Shown here in pieces: positions 1-14,605 of a stretch of DNA of 64,000 nucleotides. The notes beneath the pieces are model-generated. The model did not search any database. It was given only the letters and a program-made list of their open reading frames with translations, and was not told the DNA's origin. This stretch comes from Malacoraja senta. Its lineage: Eukaryota. The position numbers and the translations under genes are program-made. The stretch is taken from assembly GCA_038087875.1 (NCBI GenBank), contig JAXLNO010000385.1, positions 372,001-436,000 on the forward strand. The letters are read 5' to 3'. The stretch's first letter is position 1; the number at the start of each line of letters is the position of its first letter.

Positions 1-159
1 CTCGACTCGCAGATTTGCTCCATCAATTTGTGTTTTCCACGCATTGTTTACGCCGGCTTCAGATCATCTGCGGCAAATCTAACGTAGTCAGATATGATGA
101 GAAATGCAGCCGTCAAATAATGACAGAAAAGGTATGTCATAGCGCGAAGTGTGCCGGTG

Positions 160-817
160 CCTGTCCCACTGTACGAGGTAATTTAAGAGCTCTCCCGCGT
201 GAGAAAAAAAATCAAACCCGTGATAAGCACGTTGAATGTACGAAGCGGGTACGTCGGAGCTCGGGACGTCTCTCAGCGGCTCGTACCGATAACCGCAGGT
301 ACTCGGGAAACGCGGACAGCTCGTGAAGATTTTTCAACAAATTGAAAAATGTCCACGAGAGCCCCGAGTACCTAGGAGCGGCTATTACCGTAATTCTCCG
401 AGTTCGAATCAGGGGAAACTGGGGAGAACTCTTGAATTAGCTCGTACAGTGGGACAGGAAGAAAGGGGGAACAGGGCAGAAAAAGATGGGTGGAGATAAG
501 TCTATGTACGAGGTAATTGAAGAGTTCTCCCGAGTTTTCCCCTGATTCGAACTCGGAGAATGCCCGCATCGGGTCGGTAGGAGTTCGTGGATGTCTCGTA
601 GCGGCTCGTACGAGTATTTTTTTTTCTCGTGGACATTTTCCACAGTGTTGAAAAAACGTCACGAGTTTACCGGATTTCCAGAGAACCTACCGTTAGCATA
701 ACGAGCCGCTACGAGACATCCACGAACTCCTACGGACCCGCTACGGACATTCTCCGAGTTCGAATCAGGGGAAAACCCGGGAGAACTCTTCAATTACCTC
801 GTACAGTGGGACAGGGG
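160..817. mobile_element. Two adjacent non-autonomous TIR elements (160-458 and 505-817), PIF/Harbinger-like MITEs
   Basis: Termini are cctgtcccactgtacgaggtaatt ... aattagctcgtacagtgggacagg. The second element has ~60-bp inverted arms and has lost its left tip. The superfamily call is inferred from the TIR type. Confidence 0.7.
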
Positions 818-1419
818 AGTCATGCTTCTCCTGTCGCTCTCTCTTGGCGGAGACAAGGGCTCAAGGAAAGAGCGTTCACATCACGGCCCCTGTTTCCAGC
901 AATATTTCCACCACCACGCACAAGAAGCACAAGAAGCGACAAGACAGACACCATTGTGCAGATGCCGAGAAGTGTGTTCAGCTCTGGCTGAACGACTTCT
1001 AATCTTGTGTGTGGACTCGATAAGAAGAAAGCGGAGACAAGCCCAAAACAGTGTCTGTCAATTTCGACGGTGATCTTTCAAATGACGGTGCACACGGCTA
1101 TTTACTTTGAGCTTCTGGTTCTTGCCCTGTTGTGTTGCCTGCGAGCCAATGACACTCAGCAGATCAGAATATCACTAAGGTACAGAACACCATCCGGTTT
1201 TACATTCTTTCGCGACTTCCCATTCAAAACGAAATTCCCAAAAAAATTGGTCCAGATGATGCGCTTGTAATTAGCTCTTATCCACACTAGATTAATTTAA
1301 GGATTATCTTATCGGATCATGTTATCCCACTGACGGCGTGGATTCCCCCCGCTTCTCAGGTTAAGTCCCGCATCCTGCAGACGTGCTGGAGTGAAACAGT
1401 CGTGATATTTAAAAGACCA

Positions 1420-1830
1420 GTCAGTCAGTCGGTCAGTCAATTTTATTTGTATCGCACATTTAAAATCATCTCACGTTGACCAAAGTGCTGTAGACCAGAG
1501 CAGATACTAATGTGCTACATACAATGGTACACAGAGCTAACAATACATACACAAACTGTTTACAGCGCTCCCTTAGAGGGCCACAAAAACGCGATTGGGT
1601 AGAAATTGGTTTTGAGCCTCGATTTAAAGAAGTCGATGGCGGGGGTAGTTCTGATGAGGAGAGGGATGCTGTTCCAAAGTCTAGGGGCAGCAACCGCAAA
1701 AGCGCGGTCACCCCTGAGCTTAAACCTAGACCACGAGATAGTCAGTAGCCCCAAGTCGGCCGACCTGAGGGACCTGGAGGTAGAATGGTGGGTTAGAAGA
1801 TTTTTGATACAGGAGGGGGCAAGCCCGTTA
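1420..1830 (-). mobile_element. L2-like LINE 3' fragment (mirror at ~39570-39985, + strand)
   Basis: The peptide RSLRSADLGLL...GDRAFAVAAPRLWNSIP...FKSRLKT is a typical L2-clade ORF2 C-terminus. It is followed by AATAAA and a (GACT)n tail. Confidence 0.8.
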
Positions 1831-2126
1831 GAGTGATTGAACGGGTGCATTTATAGGAAAGGTTAAAATGAATGTCGGGGAATCGCGGGGAAATCGGTCT
1901 CGCGTTGACGGCGCATCTCGGTTAGCAGAGACGAATTGAGCCAAAGTGACAGATTCAGTGATGTATGATTCTATAACTTCTACGAATGATGGTTCAAATG
2001 GCCATTGCAAGCTGTTCTGTGTGAGTATGTGCGTAGTGGAGATTCTGAGCAGTTGGATGGGAATATTGGGAGGACAAACATTGATGGGAGCAAATGTATG
2101 TTGAACTATCGGCGTGGATCAGAGGG

Positions 2127-3955
2127 TCACGGACGGACAAGTGCACGAATTGCACTCACTGGGAATTTAACCGCGTTGATCAGCTCAGCCCTGAATTTAC
2201 TCTGGGTCACCACGTAAATACACGTGTTGGTGCAGGTACTGAGCAGCTGTAAGAACCCCGACGTGACCCAAGTGATATAGTAATAACCGGTGGGGTTGTA
2301 GTCAACGCGCACCTTCGCAATACCCGTAAAGATGACAAATATGGCCTGTGTTGCCCACAGCAGGACGAAAGTGGCCGTGATACTGAAGAGTAAAACGATG
2401 GATTTCCTGCGGTTCTCCATCTCCGGGTCCTTGTCATTCTCTCCGTTGCTTTTTCCCCGGAGCCCCCTGCGGACTCTGCTGGCCGCTACAATCCGCCTGA
2501 CCGTCAGCACATTGAGCAGAAGGATCAGAAAGAACGGGATACAAGGGGTTAGAACGCGGTGTGTGACATCATATGCGATCCATGCAGACGACGTATAGAA
2601 GGTGGGTTTGTAGTAGCAACCCCTGGGAAGATTATCAAACACGTAGCCAGGTACTATCGTAAAACACCGGGGGACGTTCTCTAAACAGCCCAGCACACTC
2701 ACTGCCCCGATAATCACAGCCGCCGTTCTCTCAGTGCAATATCTTGTTTTCAGCTTCTCACAACAAATAGCCACAAACCGATCGAAGGTGAAGGCGACCG
2801 TCAGCCAGACAGAGACCGCGGTGGATGCAAAGACCAGGAAATAGATAGTCGTGCACACGGGAGTAATGTTCAGCAAAGAATACGGGAAGTAAAATAGAAT
2901 AGTCTGACTGAGAAACGGATCGGTGATGCCGACCAGGAGATCAGACGCTGCCATGGCCACCAGGTAGAGAGTGATGCATTTGGACAGACCGCATTTACCT
3001 CGACAGAGAATCACAATCGCCAACAAGTTCACTGTAAGAGAGAGAAGAGATATTACTGACATAAGGCCCGCACAAATGTATCTGAGGGACATTGTCTGAT
3101 TGGAATGTTTTCAAACTTCAAATTTGGTTGACCAAATGACCTTTATCCCAGACCACGTTCAGAGACTATAGCCTTTGGACCACGGTGTCCACGCACCTCA
3201 TCAAACACCAATGTATATTACGTTCACACCTTTTGATACTGCCCATATTCTTCTGAACTGTCTCCAGATTGTAGCATCCATCTACACTGTCCCATGGACA
3301 GTAGTTACAGAAACCATTAATAGGCATGTCAATTGCATGTGGGAGGAAACATGCGCACAGCCGAGATTAGCGTGGAGTCGGAGGACGAACGATGAAACAT
3401 TGCTCATAAAGCACGGGAGGGTGAAGATTGAACCTGCGTCTCCGGAACTGTGTGACACCGGCAGTCAGGCACGGAAATCGCTATCAAAACAGGGAGGGGG
3501 GGGCGGTAACATCGGAAGCTGACCTGGTTGGTGACCGACTCCAGCAACAGCAGCTTCGTCCGCCCCGAATGTTGGGGCTTGATTCGGCCCATTCGCGGGA
3601 CCTTTCATCGGCCGGCGGGGGCTTCAACATGGGGAGCCTCGATCGCCTGGATGCAGCAGGTTGTTTTGAAGCCGCGCTGGGCGATGAAAGCAACCGCGAA
3701 CTGGCCGGTTCGGCCCTTAGAAAGCGTCTGATAAATTCCGGATTACAAAACATAGGTGGGATTGTCCCCCACCTCTCAAAGCACCGGGGGGCGGGCGGTG
3801 CTCGCGTCCCTCCCTGGAATTTCCGCCCATGAGGCAGTACTGACTGTGGTACGATGGCGAGGATGTCAGAGACAAACCAAATTACCGAAAACAGCGACAG
3901 CCGCTATTGTGGGGTTATATATATCTCGAATTCGATAGATCAATGGATATCCCAT
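2127..3955 (-). CDS. Class A GPCR, GPR139/GPR142-like, two exons (3955-3886 and 3031-2127), 324 aa
   Basis: Exon 2 shows a 7TM pattern (YLVAMAASDLL, FTFDRFVAIC, CIPF, NTCIY..TQSKFR). Exon 1 encodes MGYPLIYRIRDIYNPTIAAVAVF and ends G|GTAATT. The acceptor is tcttctctctcttacag|TG. The phase-1 join gives 975 nt in frame and completes TM1. Confidence 0.88.
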
Positions 3956-4211
3956 AGCTGGAAGACACAATTAACTCCTGTGGCCCCGTCAGTCCGTCAT
4001 CGCTGTAGCTCTGTGGCGATACCTTCTGGTGGGCACCGAGATATATAGAGCGATAGGTCTCCAGCGACATGACCTCATAGCTGCTGATTGATATTAGTGA
4101 CACTCACGGAACAAACACCTAGCGCCACAGCCATTAACTCCACCATGGGAGATGACAAGCGAATAATTTAAGGATCGAGTAAAAAAAACCCACGAAGCGA
4201 GTCGTTGAAAA

Positions 4212-4305
4212 CAGAGTCTAAAGAATGGTCACTATCCGAAACGTCACCTATACACGTTCTCCAAAAATGTTGCCTGACCATCTTACACCGGCACTTTGTC
4301 TATTT
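4212..4305 (+). mobile_element. Degenerate Penelope-like terminal-repeat fragment with a decayed minimal hammerhead motif (mirror at ~37095-37188)
   Basis: ctaaagaatggtcactatccgaaacgtcacc resembles CTGAAGA-stem-GAAACGTC. A related downstream portion of this repeat type appears at 44628-44700 and 63925-64000. Confidence 0.5.
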
Positions 4306-4504
4306 TTCACTGAAAACAAGAATGTATGCTTTGCAATGAAAGAATGGTCCATGACACTGTCTTATTTCATTTAACGTTGGTGTGATTTCGATGGACATCT
4401 CCTGTGAACCCATCTACCAATCCAGTTTAGTTTTTTATCCCCAAAATAAATCATCATTCATACCATGAAATCACTGATATTGCAAAACAGATGCTGAAAT
4501 ATTC

Positions 4505-4895
4505 ATAGAAGCATAGAAACATGGACAATAGGTGCAGGAGGAGGACATTCGGCCCTTCGAGCCTGCACCGCCATTCATTGTGATCATGGCTGATCGTCCC
4601 AATCACTAACCCGTGCCTGCCTTCCCCCCATATCCCTTGATACCACTAGCCCCTAGAGCTCTATCTAACACTCTCTTAAATCCATCCAGAGATTTGGCCT
4701 CCACTGCCCTCTGTGGCAGGGAATTCCACAAATTCACAACTTTCTGGGTGAAAAAGTTTTTCTCACCTCAGTCTTAAATGACTTCCCCTTTATACTCAGA
4801 ATGTGGCCCCTGGATCTGGACTCGCCCAACATTGGGAACATTTTTTTCCTGCATCTAGCTTGTCAAGTCCTTTTATAATTTTATTTGTTTCTATA
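4505..4895 (-). mobile_element. CR1 (HER1-type) LINE 3' end (mirror at ~36505-36898)
   Basis: Encodes IIKGLDKLDAGK.FPMLGESRSRGH..., with a 3' UTR ending in a ctatgtttctatg-type tail. Confidence 0.85.
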
Positions 4896-5544
4896 AGAAA
4901 TTTCTGTCTCCTTTGCTCAGTCGGACTGTGCACAGAAAATAGGTGCACAGTTTGACCGTGTGCTATGTTTCGCTCAATGATGGCTTCCCTCCGTAATCTG
5001 CCACCCCCTCCCCCTCCTCCACCCCCTCCCTCCCCCCCGAGCACGCTGTGAGACATGACATGTGTAATTTCAGTGTGATTTGGGTTAAGTTAGATACAGC
5101 GTGGGAAAGAGGATCTTCGGCCACTCGGAGGAAACGCACGCGGTAACAGGGCGAATGTGCACACTTACACACAGACAGCAGACGACGCCAGGATAGAACC
5201 ATGGTCTCTGGCGTTTTGTAGCTGTAGTGCAACCAATGTGCCGCCCTTGGTGTGATACAGCGTGGAAACAGGTCCTTCGGCCCAACGTCCAAACCGACCA
5301 ACGTGTCCCAGTTGCACTAGTCCCTGGGGTCTGGTCCATCGCTCTCCAACCCCGTCCTATCGGTGTAACCTTGTAGCTGTTTCTTAAACGTTGTGATAGT
5401 CCCAACCTTAACTATCTCCTCTGGCACCTAGTTCCATACACCCACCACCCTCTGTGTGGAAACGTTACTCCTAGATTCCTATTAACTCTTTTTGTCCTTC
5501 ACCTTGCATCAACGTCGTCTGGTCAGGCAAACGCCTCCGTTGCC

Positions 5545-5841
5545 ATGCTGTGAGAACGGAGAGGATGAGAAGGAGTTTCTTCCCAGAGGCCATTAGGACT
5601 GTAAACCCCTATCTCACCAGGGACTAACTTTACTGAACCATTTTACTGTTGTGTGGTGTCTTTTTAAAAATTTCTGTTTTTTCTTTTTTTCCTCCCACAA
5701 ATATGTAATATGTGAATATGTGATTCTGTCCATTCTGTTTTGTTGTTTTTGCACAATCCGCGAGCATTGCCACTTTCCATGTCACTGCACATCTCGTATG
5801 TATATGTGACGAATAAACTTGACTTGACTTGACTTGACTTG
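5545..5841 (+). mobile_element. Rex/Babar-like LINE 3' end (mirror at ~35561-35860)
   Basis: RTERMRRSFFPEAIRTVN C-terminal motif, then AATAAA and an (ACTTG)n tail. Confidence 0.6.
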
Positions 5842-6436
5842 GTCCTCGATTCACCTACTCTGACCAATCTATAGGGAGGTTGCACGGCAGTCGGGGTCAC
5901 GACCCTTGACCTATACTGTTGCCACGCAAAGCCAACTGGAGTACATGCGGTGAACGTCGGGTAAGCGCTTACCACGGCTTCCAGTGCAACGGGCCCGTAT
6001 TCTGTCCCAGCATTCGGACTCCACGCTGACTGGTTCCACACTCACGTACCCCGGGCCGTCTATCCCCGCGGCTGGGGGTCTGGGGTGTTCGGGGGAGGGG
6101 GGTTGTCGGGGTCCGGTGCCGGTGCAGCGCGGTCAGTGACTCTAGCAGGACGGAGGGACCAGACTGTCCCCAACTCTGCTGCAGCAGACGGGGATGTTGC
6201 AGGTGGTCGGGGGTGGTCGGTGGGGAGGTAGGTCAGTGACTCTGGGTGGGCGGAGGGACCAGACTGTCCCCAACTCTGCTGCAGCTGACGGGGACGATGC
6301 AGAGTTTTCGTCCCCGTGTGTCCGCTGCCCAGAGCCGCGGCCATGTCCACCCGGCCCCGTGTGTGTGGGCGCTGCCGACCCACTGCCCGTGACAGTGCGG
6401 CCGCGCAGGGGGAGACGGGGCGGAGGGCGGCCGTGG

Positions 6437-8714
<2,278 letters not shown>

Positions 8715-9079
8715 CCGTAACCTATCTTCTATTTATCTTCGATACTTAACTAAAACTCATCTTGTCCTCTACCGGATTGCGCTTTATTTACATTTGCGCA
8801 AAGACGGTCCCCGATAACGCTACGACCCCCCCCCCCCCCCCGCCTTACTCGCCGTTCCCCTGTGCTACAAGCGCACTAAGGTTACTTCCGATCGGTGGAA
8901 TATTACAAAAGTTGCGGAGGTTTAACAATTGTAATATCAGCAGATTGGTCTTCTCTCCTGTCATACGCCGGGACGACCACGCCCCTTCCGGCACCCGCTG
9001 TCAATCACCGGGGCGAGGAGAATAAAGCAACGGAGCCCCGCGGCCCTGAGCCCCGCGGTCGTCCCGAATCCGTCCCGCC

Positions 9080-10575
9080 GCGAAGCCATCCCGCCCCGAA
9101 GACGTCCCGAAGCCGGTGAGCCCCGAAGCCGCCCCAAAGCCGTCCCGAAGCCGCCCCGAAGTCGGTGAGGCCGGAGCCGTCCCGAAGCCGGTGAGCCCCG
9201 CACCCGCCGGGGAGCCTAGGAGCCGCCCCGAGTCGAGGAACCCAGGAGGAGGCCCGGAGTGGGGAGCGGTCCGGAGCCTGGCCGACTGCTGCAACCTCCA
9301 GATCCTGCGGAAGTAAGGAGTGAGTGTGGGGGGGATTGAGGGAGCCGGGCGCTGGCGGGGGCCGGGCGCTGGCCGTGGCACAGCACCACCGCACACACAT
9401 CCACGCACTCCGCTCCCCTAGCACACACCCCTCCCCAAACGTAGGCCACGGTAGCGCCGCCGCCCCCCGGCCCCCACCTGAAGCCGTCGCCCTCCCCGTC
9501 CCCAGCTGCAGGACTAGCCCAAGAAAAGTCCATTCGGCCCACAATACCTGTACTAGCCCTCCGGAAACCAGTCCCTTCTACACACAACACCTATACCGGC
9601 CCTCCAGAACCCCCGCCCACTCTGTCCCCGCCTGAAGCCATTCCCCTCACCCGGCGGCAGGACGCTCCCCCCCCCCCACTGTCCACCGACAGCCCCTGCA
9701 TGAAGCCGTCCCCCTCCCCGGGTATATGTCGCTGCACCCCCCTCAACTGCCAGCCGCCGCCTGAAGCCGTTCCCCACCCACGGCTGTAGGACGCTCCACC
9801 TCGCCGCCGACAGCCCCCTCCTGAAGCCGTCCCCATCCCCTGATGCAGGCGCCCCATCCAGCCCTCATCCCCCGACTGCGGGTCGCTTGCCCCAACACCA
9901 CCACCGGCCCCGACAGCCTCCGCCTGAAGCTGCTCCCCTCGCCGGCTGTAGGAAGCTGACCCTGGCCCCCGAACGCTCCCACCTGAAGCTGTCCCCCTCC
10001 CCCAGCTGCAGGATGCTCGCCCCCCCCACTGGCCCCAGACAACCCCCGCCTGAAGCTGTCCCTGTCCCCCTGCTTCAAGACCCCCCCGCCAGCCGGCCGC
10101 GACAATCCCCGCCTGAAGCCGTCCCCGTCCCCCTGCTGCAAGATCCTCCCCCCAACCGGCCACGACAGCCCCCGCCTGAAGCTGTCCCCTCCCTCCCGGC
10201 TGCCGGATGTTCCCCTCTCCGCCACCGGCTCCGACAGCCCCCGTCTGAAGCCCTACCCCCACCCAACTGCCCCAGACAGCCGCCGCCTGAAGCCGTGCCA
10301 CTCCCCCAGCTGTTCGACGCTCCCCCGTTAGCCCCGTCCTGAAGCCGTCCCAATCCCCCGGCTGCAGGTTGCTCGCACCCCCCCAACCGGTCTCTGAGAG
10401 CCCCGGACTGAAGCCGTCCTCGTCCCCGGTTACAGGACGCTCCCGCTGCCCCACAACTGAAGCTGTCCCCTTCCTCCAGTGACAGGACGCTCCCAACAGT
10501 CCCCGCCTGAAGCCGTACCCGTCCCCAGCTGCAGGACACTTTCTCCACTCCATCCCCACCGGCCCCCGCCTGGCA
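9080..10575 (+). repeat. GC-rich minisatellite: ~60-65-bp units built on ccccgcctgaagccgtcccc, preceded by short ccgaagccg units (mirror at ~31265-32825)
   Basis: About 15 recurrences of ctgaagc(c/t)g at roughly 40-100-bp spacing. Confidence 0.85.
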
Positions 10576-10589
10576 GCGCTACATAGTTT

Positions 10590-10978
10590 CAATTGCAGCC
10601 GAATATGCGATTGAGAGAGGGAAAAGGCGACTATTCTTATTTGTGTTGAAAGTTGGAGAAGACGAGATTTGAAAGAATGAAGACGATGAAATTGTAATGC
10701 CAGAAGACATGGTTCTATCAGCAAAAACATTGTATTGATTTCATCTATCCCGCAATTGACAATCCTGTAGAATTATTCTCCGACAATTGTATCTTGGTTC
10801 CGCACAACGATACGATGAGAAGTAATTCTCCATGTATCAGATGCTTCCCTGGAATTAATAAGGATAACTTTTCAATCAATGGTGTCACTGAGGGAACTAA
10901 TGCTTCCCAACAGCTTTCCTTGATTCACTCGACATCTATGGATTATCACCACAAATTGGAATTGAATAAAGGATCATT
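10590..10978 (+). mobile_element. Helitron RepHel PIF1-family helicase remnant (frameshifted)
   Basis: Manual translation across shifts gives LQPNMRL..FVLKVGE..EIVMPEDMVLS..IDFIYP..FSDNCILVPHND..FPG..FSIN..FLDSLDIYGLSP/HKLELNKG. This follows the Helitron helicase motif order L..NMR / L.VG.G / LIDFVYP / IL.P.N / FLNSL...GLPPH.L.LK.G. Confidence 0.8.
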
Positions 10979-13900
10979 GGGACCTCTTTCGGGGAAGGTG
11001 TGACCTGTACAGAAAGGACGGGTTGCACGTGAACCCGAGGGGAACCAATATCCTGGCGGGGAGATTTGCAAAGGCTACTGGTGAGACTTTAAACTAGAAC
11101 GGTTGGGGGGAGGGACCCAAATAGAGAAAGCTAGTAGAAAATGTGGGAGGCAGGAGGCAGAGAAGGGAAGCACTCGGACCCAAAATGTAGGGGAGAAAGA
11201 AGAAAAAGATTATAAACTGAGAATAAGTGGTGCTGGGTTTCTTAAATGTGTATATTTTAATGCTAGGAGCATTGTAAGAAAGGTGGATGAGCTTCGAGCC
11301 TGGATTGACATCTGGAAGTATGATGTTGTGGCGATCAGTGAAACATGGTTGCAGGAGGGCTGTGATTGGAAACTAAATATTCCAGGATTTCGTTGCTTCA
11401 GGGGTGATAGAATTGGAGGGGCAAGAGGTGGGGGTGTTGCATTGCTTGTCAAGGACGATATTACAGCAGTGCTTAGGCAGGATAGATTAGAGGGCCCGTC
11501 TAGGGAGGCTATTTGGGTGGAATTAAGAAATGGTAAACGTGTAGCAACATTTATAGGGGTGTATTAGAGACCGCCAAATGGGGAGCGAGAATTGGAAGTG
11601 CAAATATGTAAGGAGATAGCAGATATTAGTAGTAAGCAAAAGGTAGTGATTGTGGGAGATTTCAATTTTCCACACATAGACTGGGAAACACATTCTGTAA
11701 AAGGGATGGATGGTTTGGAGTTCGTAAAATGTGTGCAGGATAGTATTTTGCAGCAATACATAGAGGTACCTACTAGAGAAGGGGCAGTGCTGGGCCTCCC
11801 TGTTAGAAAATGAGACAGGGCATGTATGCGTCGGGGAGCACTTCGGGTCCAGTGATCACAATACCATTAGTTTCAATATAATTATGGAGAGGGTCAGAAC
11901 TGGACCTCGGGTTGAGATTTTTGATTGGAGAAAGGCTAACATTGAGGAGATGCGAAAGGATTTTAAATGAGTGAATTGGGACATGTTGTTTTATGGGAGG
12001 ATGTAGAAGAGAAATGGAGGGCATTTAAAGGTGAAATTTTAAGAGTACAGAATCTTTATGTCCCTGTTCGGTTGAAAGGAAATAGTAAAAATTGGAAAGA
12101 GCCATGGTTTTCACGGGAAATTGGACACTTGGTTTGGAATAAGAGAGAGATCTACAATAATTATAGGCAGCATGGAGTAAATGAGGTGCTTGAGGAGTAT
12201 AAAGAATGTAAAATGAATATTAAGAAAGAAATTAGAAAAGCTAAAGTAAGATATGAGGTTGCTTTTGCAAGTAAGGTGAAAGTAAATCCAAAGGGTTTCT
12301 ACAGCTATATTAATAGCAAAAGGATAACAAGGAATAAAATTGGTCCATTAGAGAGTCAGAGTGGACAGCTATCTGCAGAGCCAAAAGAGATGGGGGAGAT
12401 ATTGAACAATTTATTTTCTTCGGTATTCACCAAGGAGAAGGATATGGAATTATGTGCGGTAAGGGAAACAAGCAGAGTAGCAATGGAAACTATGAGATTC
12501 AAAGAAGAGGAGGTGCGGACATTTTTAAAAATATGAAAACGGATAAGTCTCCAGGTCCTGGCAGGATATTCCCTAGGACATTGAGGGAAGTTAGTGTGGA
12601 AATAGCAGGGGCTATGACAGAAATATTTCAAATGTCTTTAGAAACGGGAATAGTGCGGGAGGATTGGCGTCCTGCACATGTTGTTCCGTTGTTTAAAAAG
12701 GGTTCTAAGAGTAAACCTAGCAATTATAAACCTGTTAGTTTGACATCAGTGGTGGGCAAATTAATGGAAAGGATACTTAGAGATAATATATATAAGCATC
12801 TGGATAAGCAGGGTCTGATTAGGAACAGTCAACATGGATTTGTGCCTGGAAGGTCATGTTTGACTAATCTTCTAGAATTTTTCGAAGAGGTTACTAGGGA
12901 AATAGATGAGGGTAAAGCAGTGGATGTTGTCTATATGGACTTCAGTAAGGCCTTTGACAATGTTCCTCATGGAAGGTTGGTTAAGAAGATTCAATTGTTG
13001 GGTATTAATGGTGGAGTTGCAAGATGGATTCAACAGTGGCTGAATGGGAGATGCCAGAGAGTAATGGTGGATGGCTGTTTGTCAGGTTGGAGGCCGGTGA
13101 CTAGTGGGGTGCCTCAGGGGTCTGTGTTGGGTCCACTGTTGTTTGTCATGTACATCAATGATCTGGATGATGGTGTGGAAAATTGGATTAGTATGCAGAT
13201 GATACTAAGATAGGTGGTGTTGTGGATAATGAAGTAGATTTTCAAAGTCTAGAGAGATTTAGGCCATTTGGAAGAGTGGGCTGAAAGATGGCAGATGGAG
13301 TTTAATGCTGATAAATGTGAGGTGCTACATCTTGGCAGGACAAATCAAAATAAGACGTACATGGTAAAGGGTAGCGAATTGAGGAATGCAGTTGAACAGA
13401 GGGATCTAGGAATTACTGTGCATAGTTCGCTGAAGGTGGAATCTCATGTTGATAGGGTGGTAAAGAAAGCTTTTGGTGTGCTGGCCTTTATAAATCAGAG
13501 CATTGAGTATAGAAGTTGGGATGTAATGTTAAAATTGTACAAGGCATTGGTGAGGTCAATTCTGGATTATGGAGTACAATTTTGGTCTCCTAATTATAGG
13601 AAGGAAGTCAACAAAATAGAGAGAGTACAGAGGAGATTTATAAGAATGTTGCCTGGGTTTCAGCAACTAAATTACAGAGAAAGGCTGAACAAGTTAGGTC
13701 TTTATTCTTTGGAGCGCAGAAGTTTAAGGGGGGACTTGAGAGAGGTCTTTAAAATGATGAGTGGGATAGACAGAGTTGACGTGGATAAGCTTTTCCCATT
13801 GAGAGTAATGAAGATTCAAACAAGAGGACATGACTTGACAATTAAGGGACAGAAGTTTAGGGGTAACATTAGGGGAACTTCTTTACTCAGAGAGTGGTAG

Positions 13901-14119
13901 CTGTGTGGAATGAGCTTCCAGTGGAAGTGGTGGAGGCAGGTTCGATTTTATCATTTAAAAATAGATTGGATGGGTATATGGATGAGAAAGGAATGGAGGG
14001 TTATGGTCTGAGTGCAGGTAGATGGGACTAGGGGAGAAAAAGTGTTCGGCATGGACTTGAAGGGCCGAGATGGCCTGTTTCCATGCTGTAATTGTTATAT
14101 GGTTATATGGTTATATGGT
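10971..14119 (+). mobile_element. CR1 LINE, 5'-truncated, with disrupted ORF2 (APE endonuclease + RT)
   Basis: YFNARSI, ISETW, VGDFNFP, DFSKAFD and [10 protein letters not shown] lie in ORF fragments 11103-13900. The 3' tail is (GGTTATAT)n. Confidence 0.95.
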
Positions 14120-14320
14120 AAAACTGTACACAATACTCCAGTTGTGGTCTCACTAGGCTCTGTACAACTGCAGAAGTACCTCTTTGCTCCTATATTCGAT
14201 TCCTCTTGTTATAAAGGCCAATTCGCTTTCTTCACTGCCTGCTGTACCTGCATGCTTACTTTCATAGACTGATGTACAAGGACCCCCAGATCCCGTTGTA
14301 CTTCCCCTTTTCCCAACTTG
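14120..14320 (-). mobile_element. Short internal CR1 fragment (mirror at ~27515-27715)
   Basis: Encodes GEVQRDLGVLVHQSMKVSMQVQQAVKKAN. Confidence 0.8.
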
Positions 14321-14605
14321 ATGGAAGGAGGGGAGAGCCTTTCAGAAAATAGGAAAAGCTGGTCCAAATCAAGCTCATCCAATAACAAGTTATTGCTTAT
14401 TTCTGCAGCGTCAGCTATTTTTTTCAATCTTGGCTTCTTTATGGTCTTGAAAGAAGCACGTGTTATTACGCAGGTTTCCATCTTAATGTCTTTATTGAAA
14501 AGATAACTTGTCCTCCATATTGTGTTCCATATAATTTGCAGTCGTTCAGACTTAGCACCGAGCCATTCTTTTTGTTCTATTAGACCATGCGTTCTTTGCA
14601 GAAAA

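Noticed and set aside
3032..3092. Single-exon GPCR start MSLRYICAG
   Set aside because: It overlaps a clear splice acceptor, and an in-phase upstream exon gives a better TM1.
5110..5235. Possible tRNA-like sequence (also ~3330-3460)
   Set aside because: These look like degraded SINE fragments, with no cloverleaf or intact A/B boxes, and are too decayed to name with confidence.
6131..6296. ~100-bp tandem duplication in a CpG-rich stretch
   Set aside because: It is real, but only two diverged copies are present and nothing indicates a function.
8961..10730. Gly/Arg/Pro-rich ORFs up to 379 aa (mirror at 31108-32945)
   Set aside because: They come from a GC-rich minisatellite with few stops, and the frames are not conserved between the two arms.
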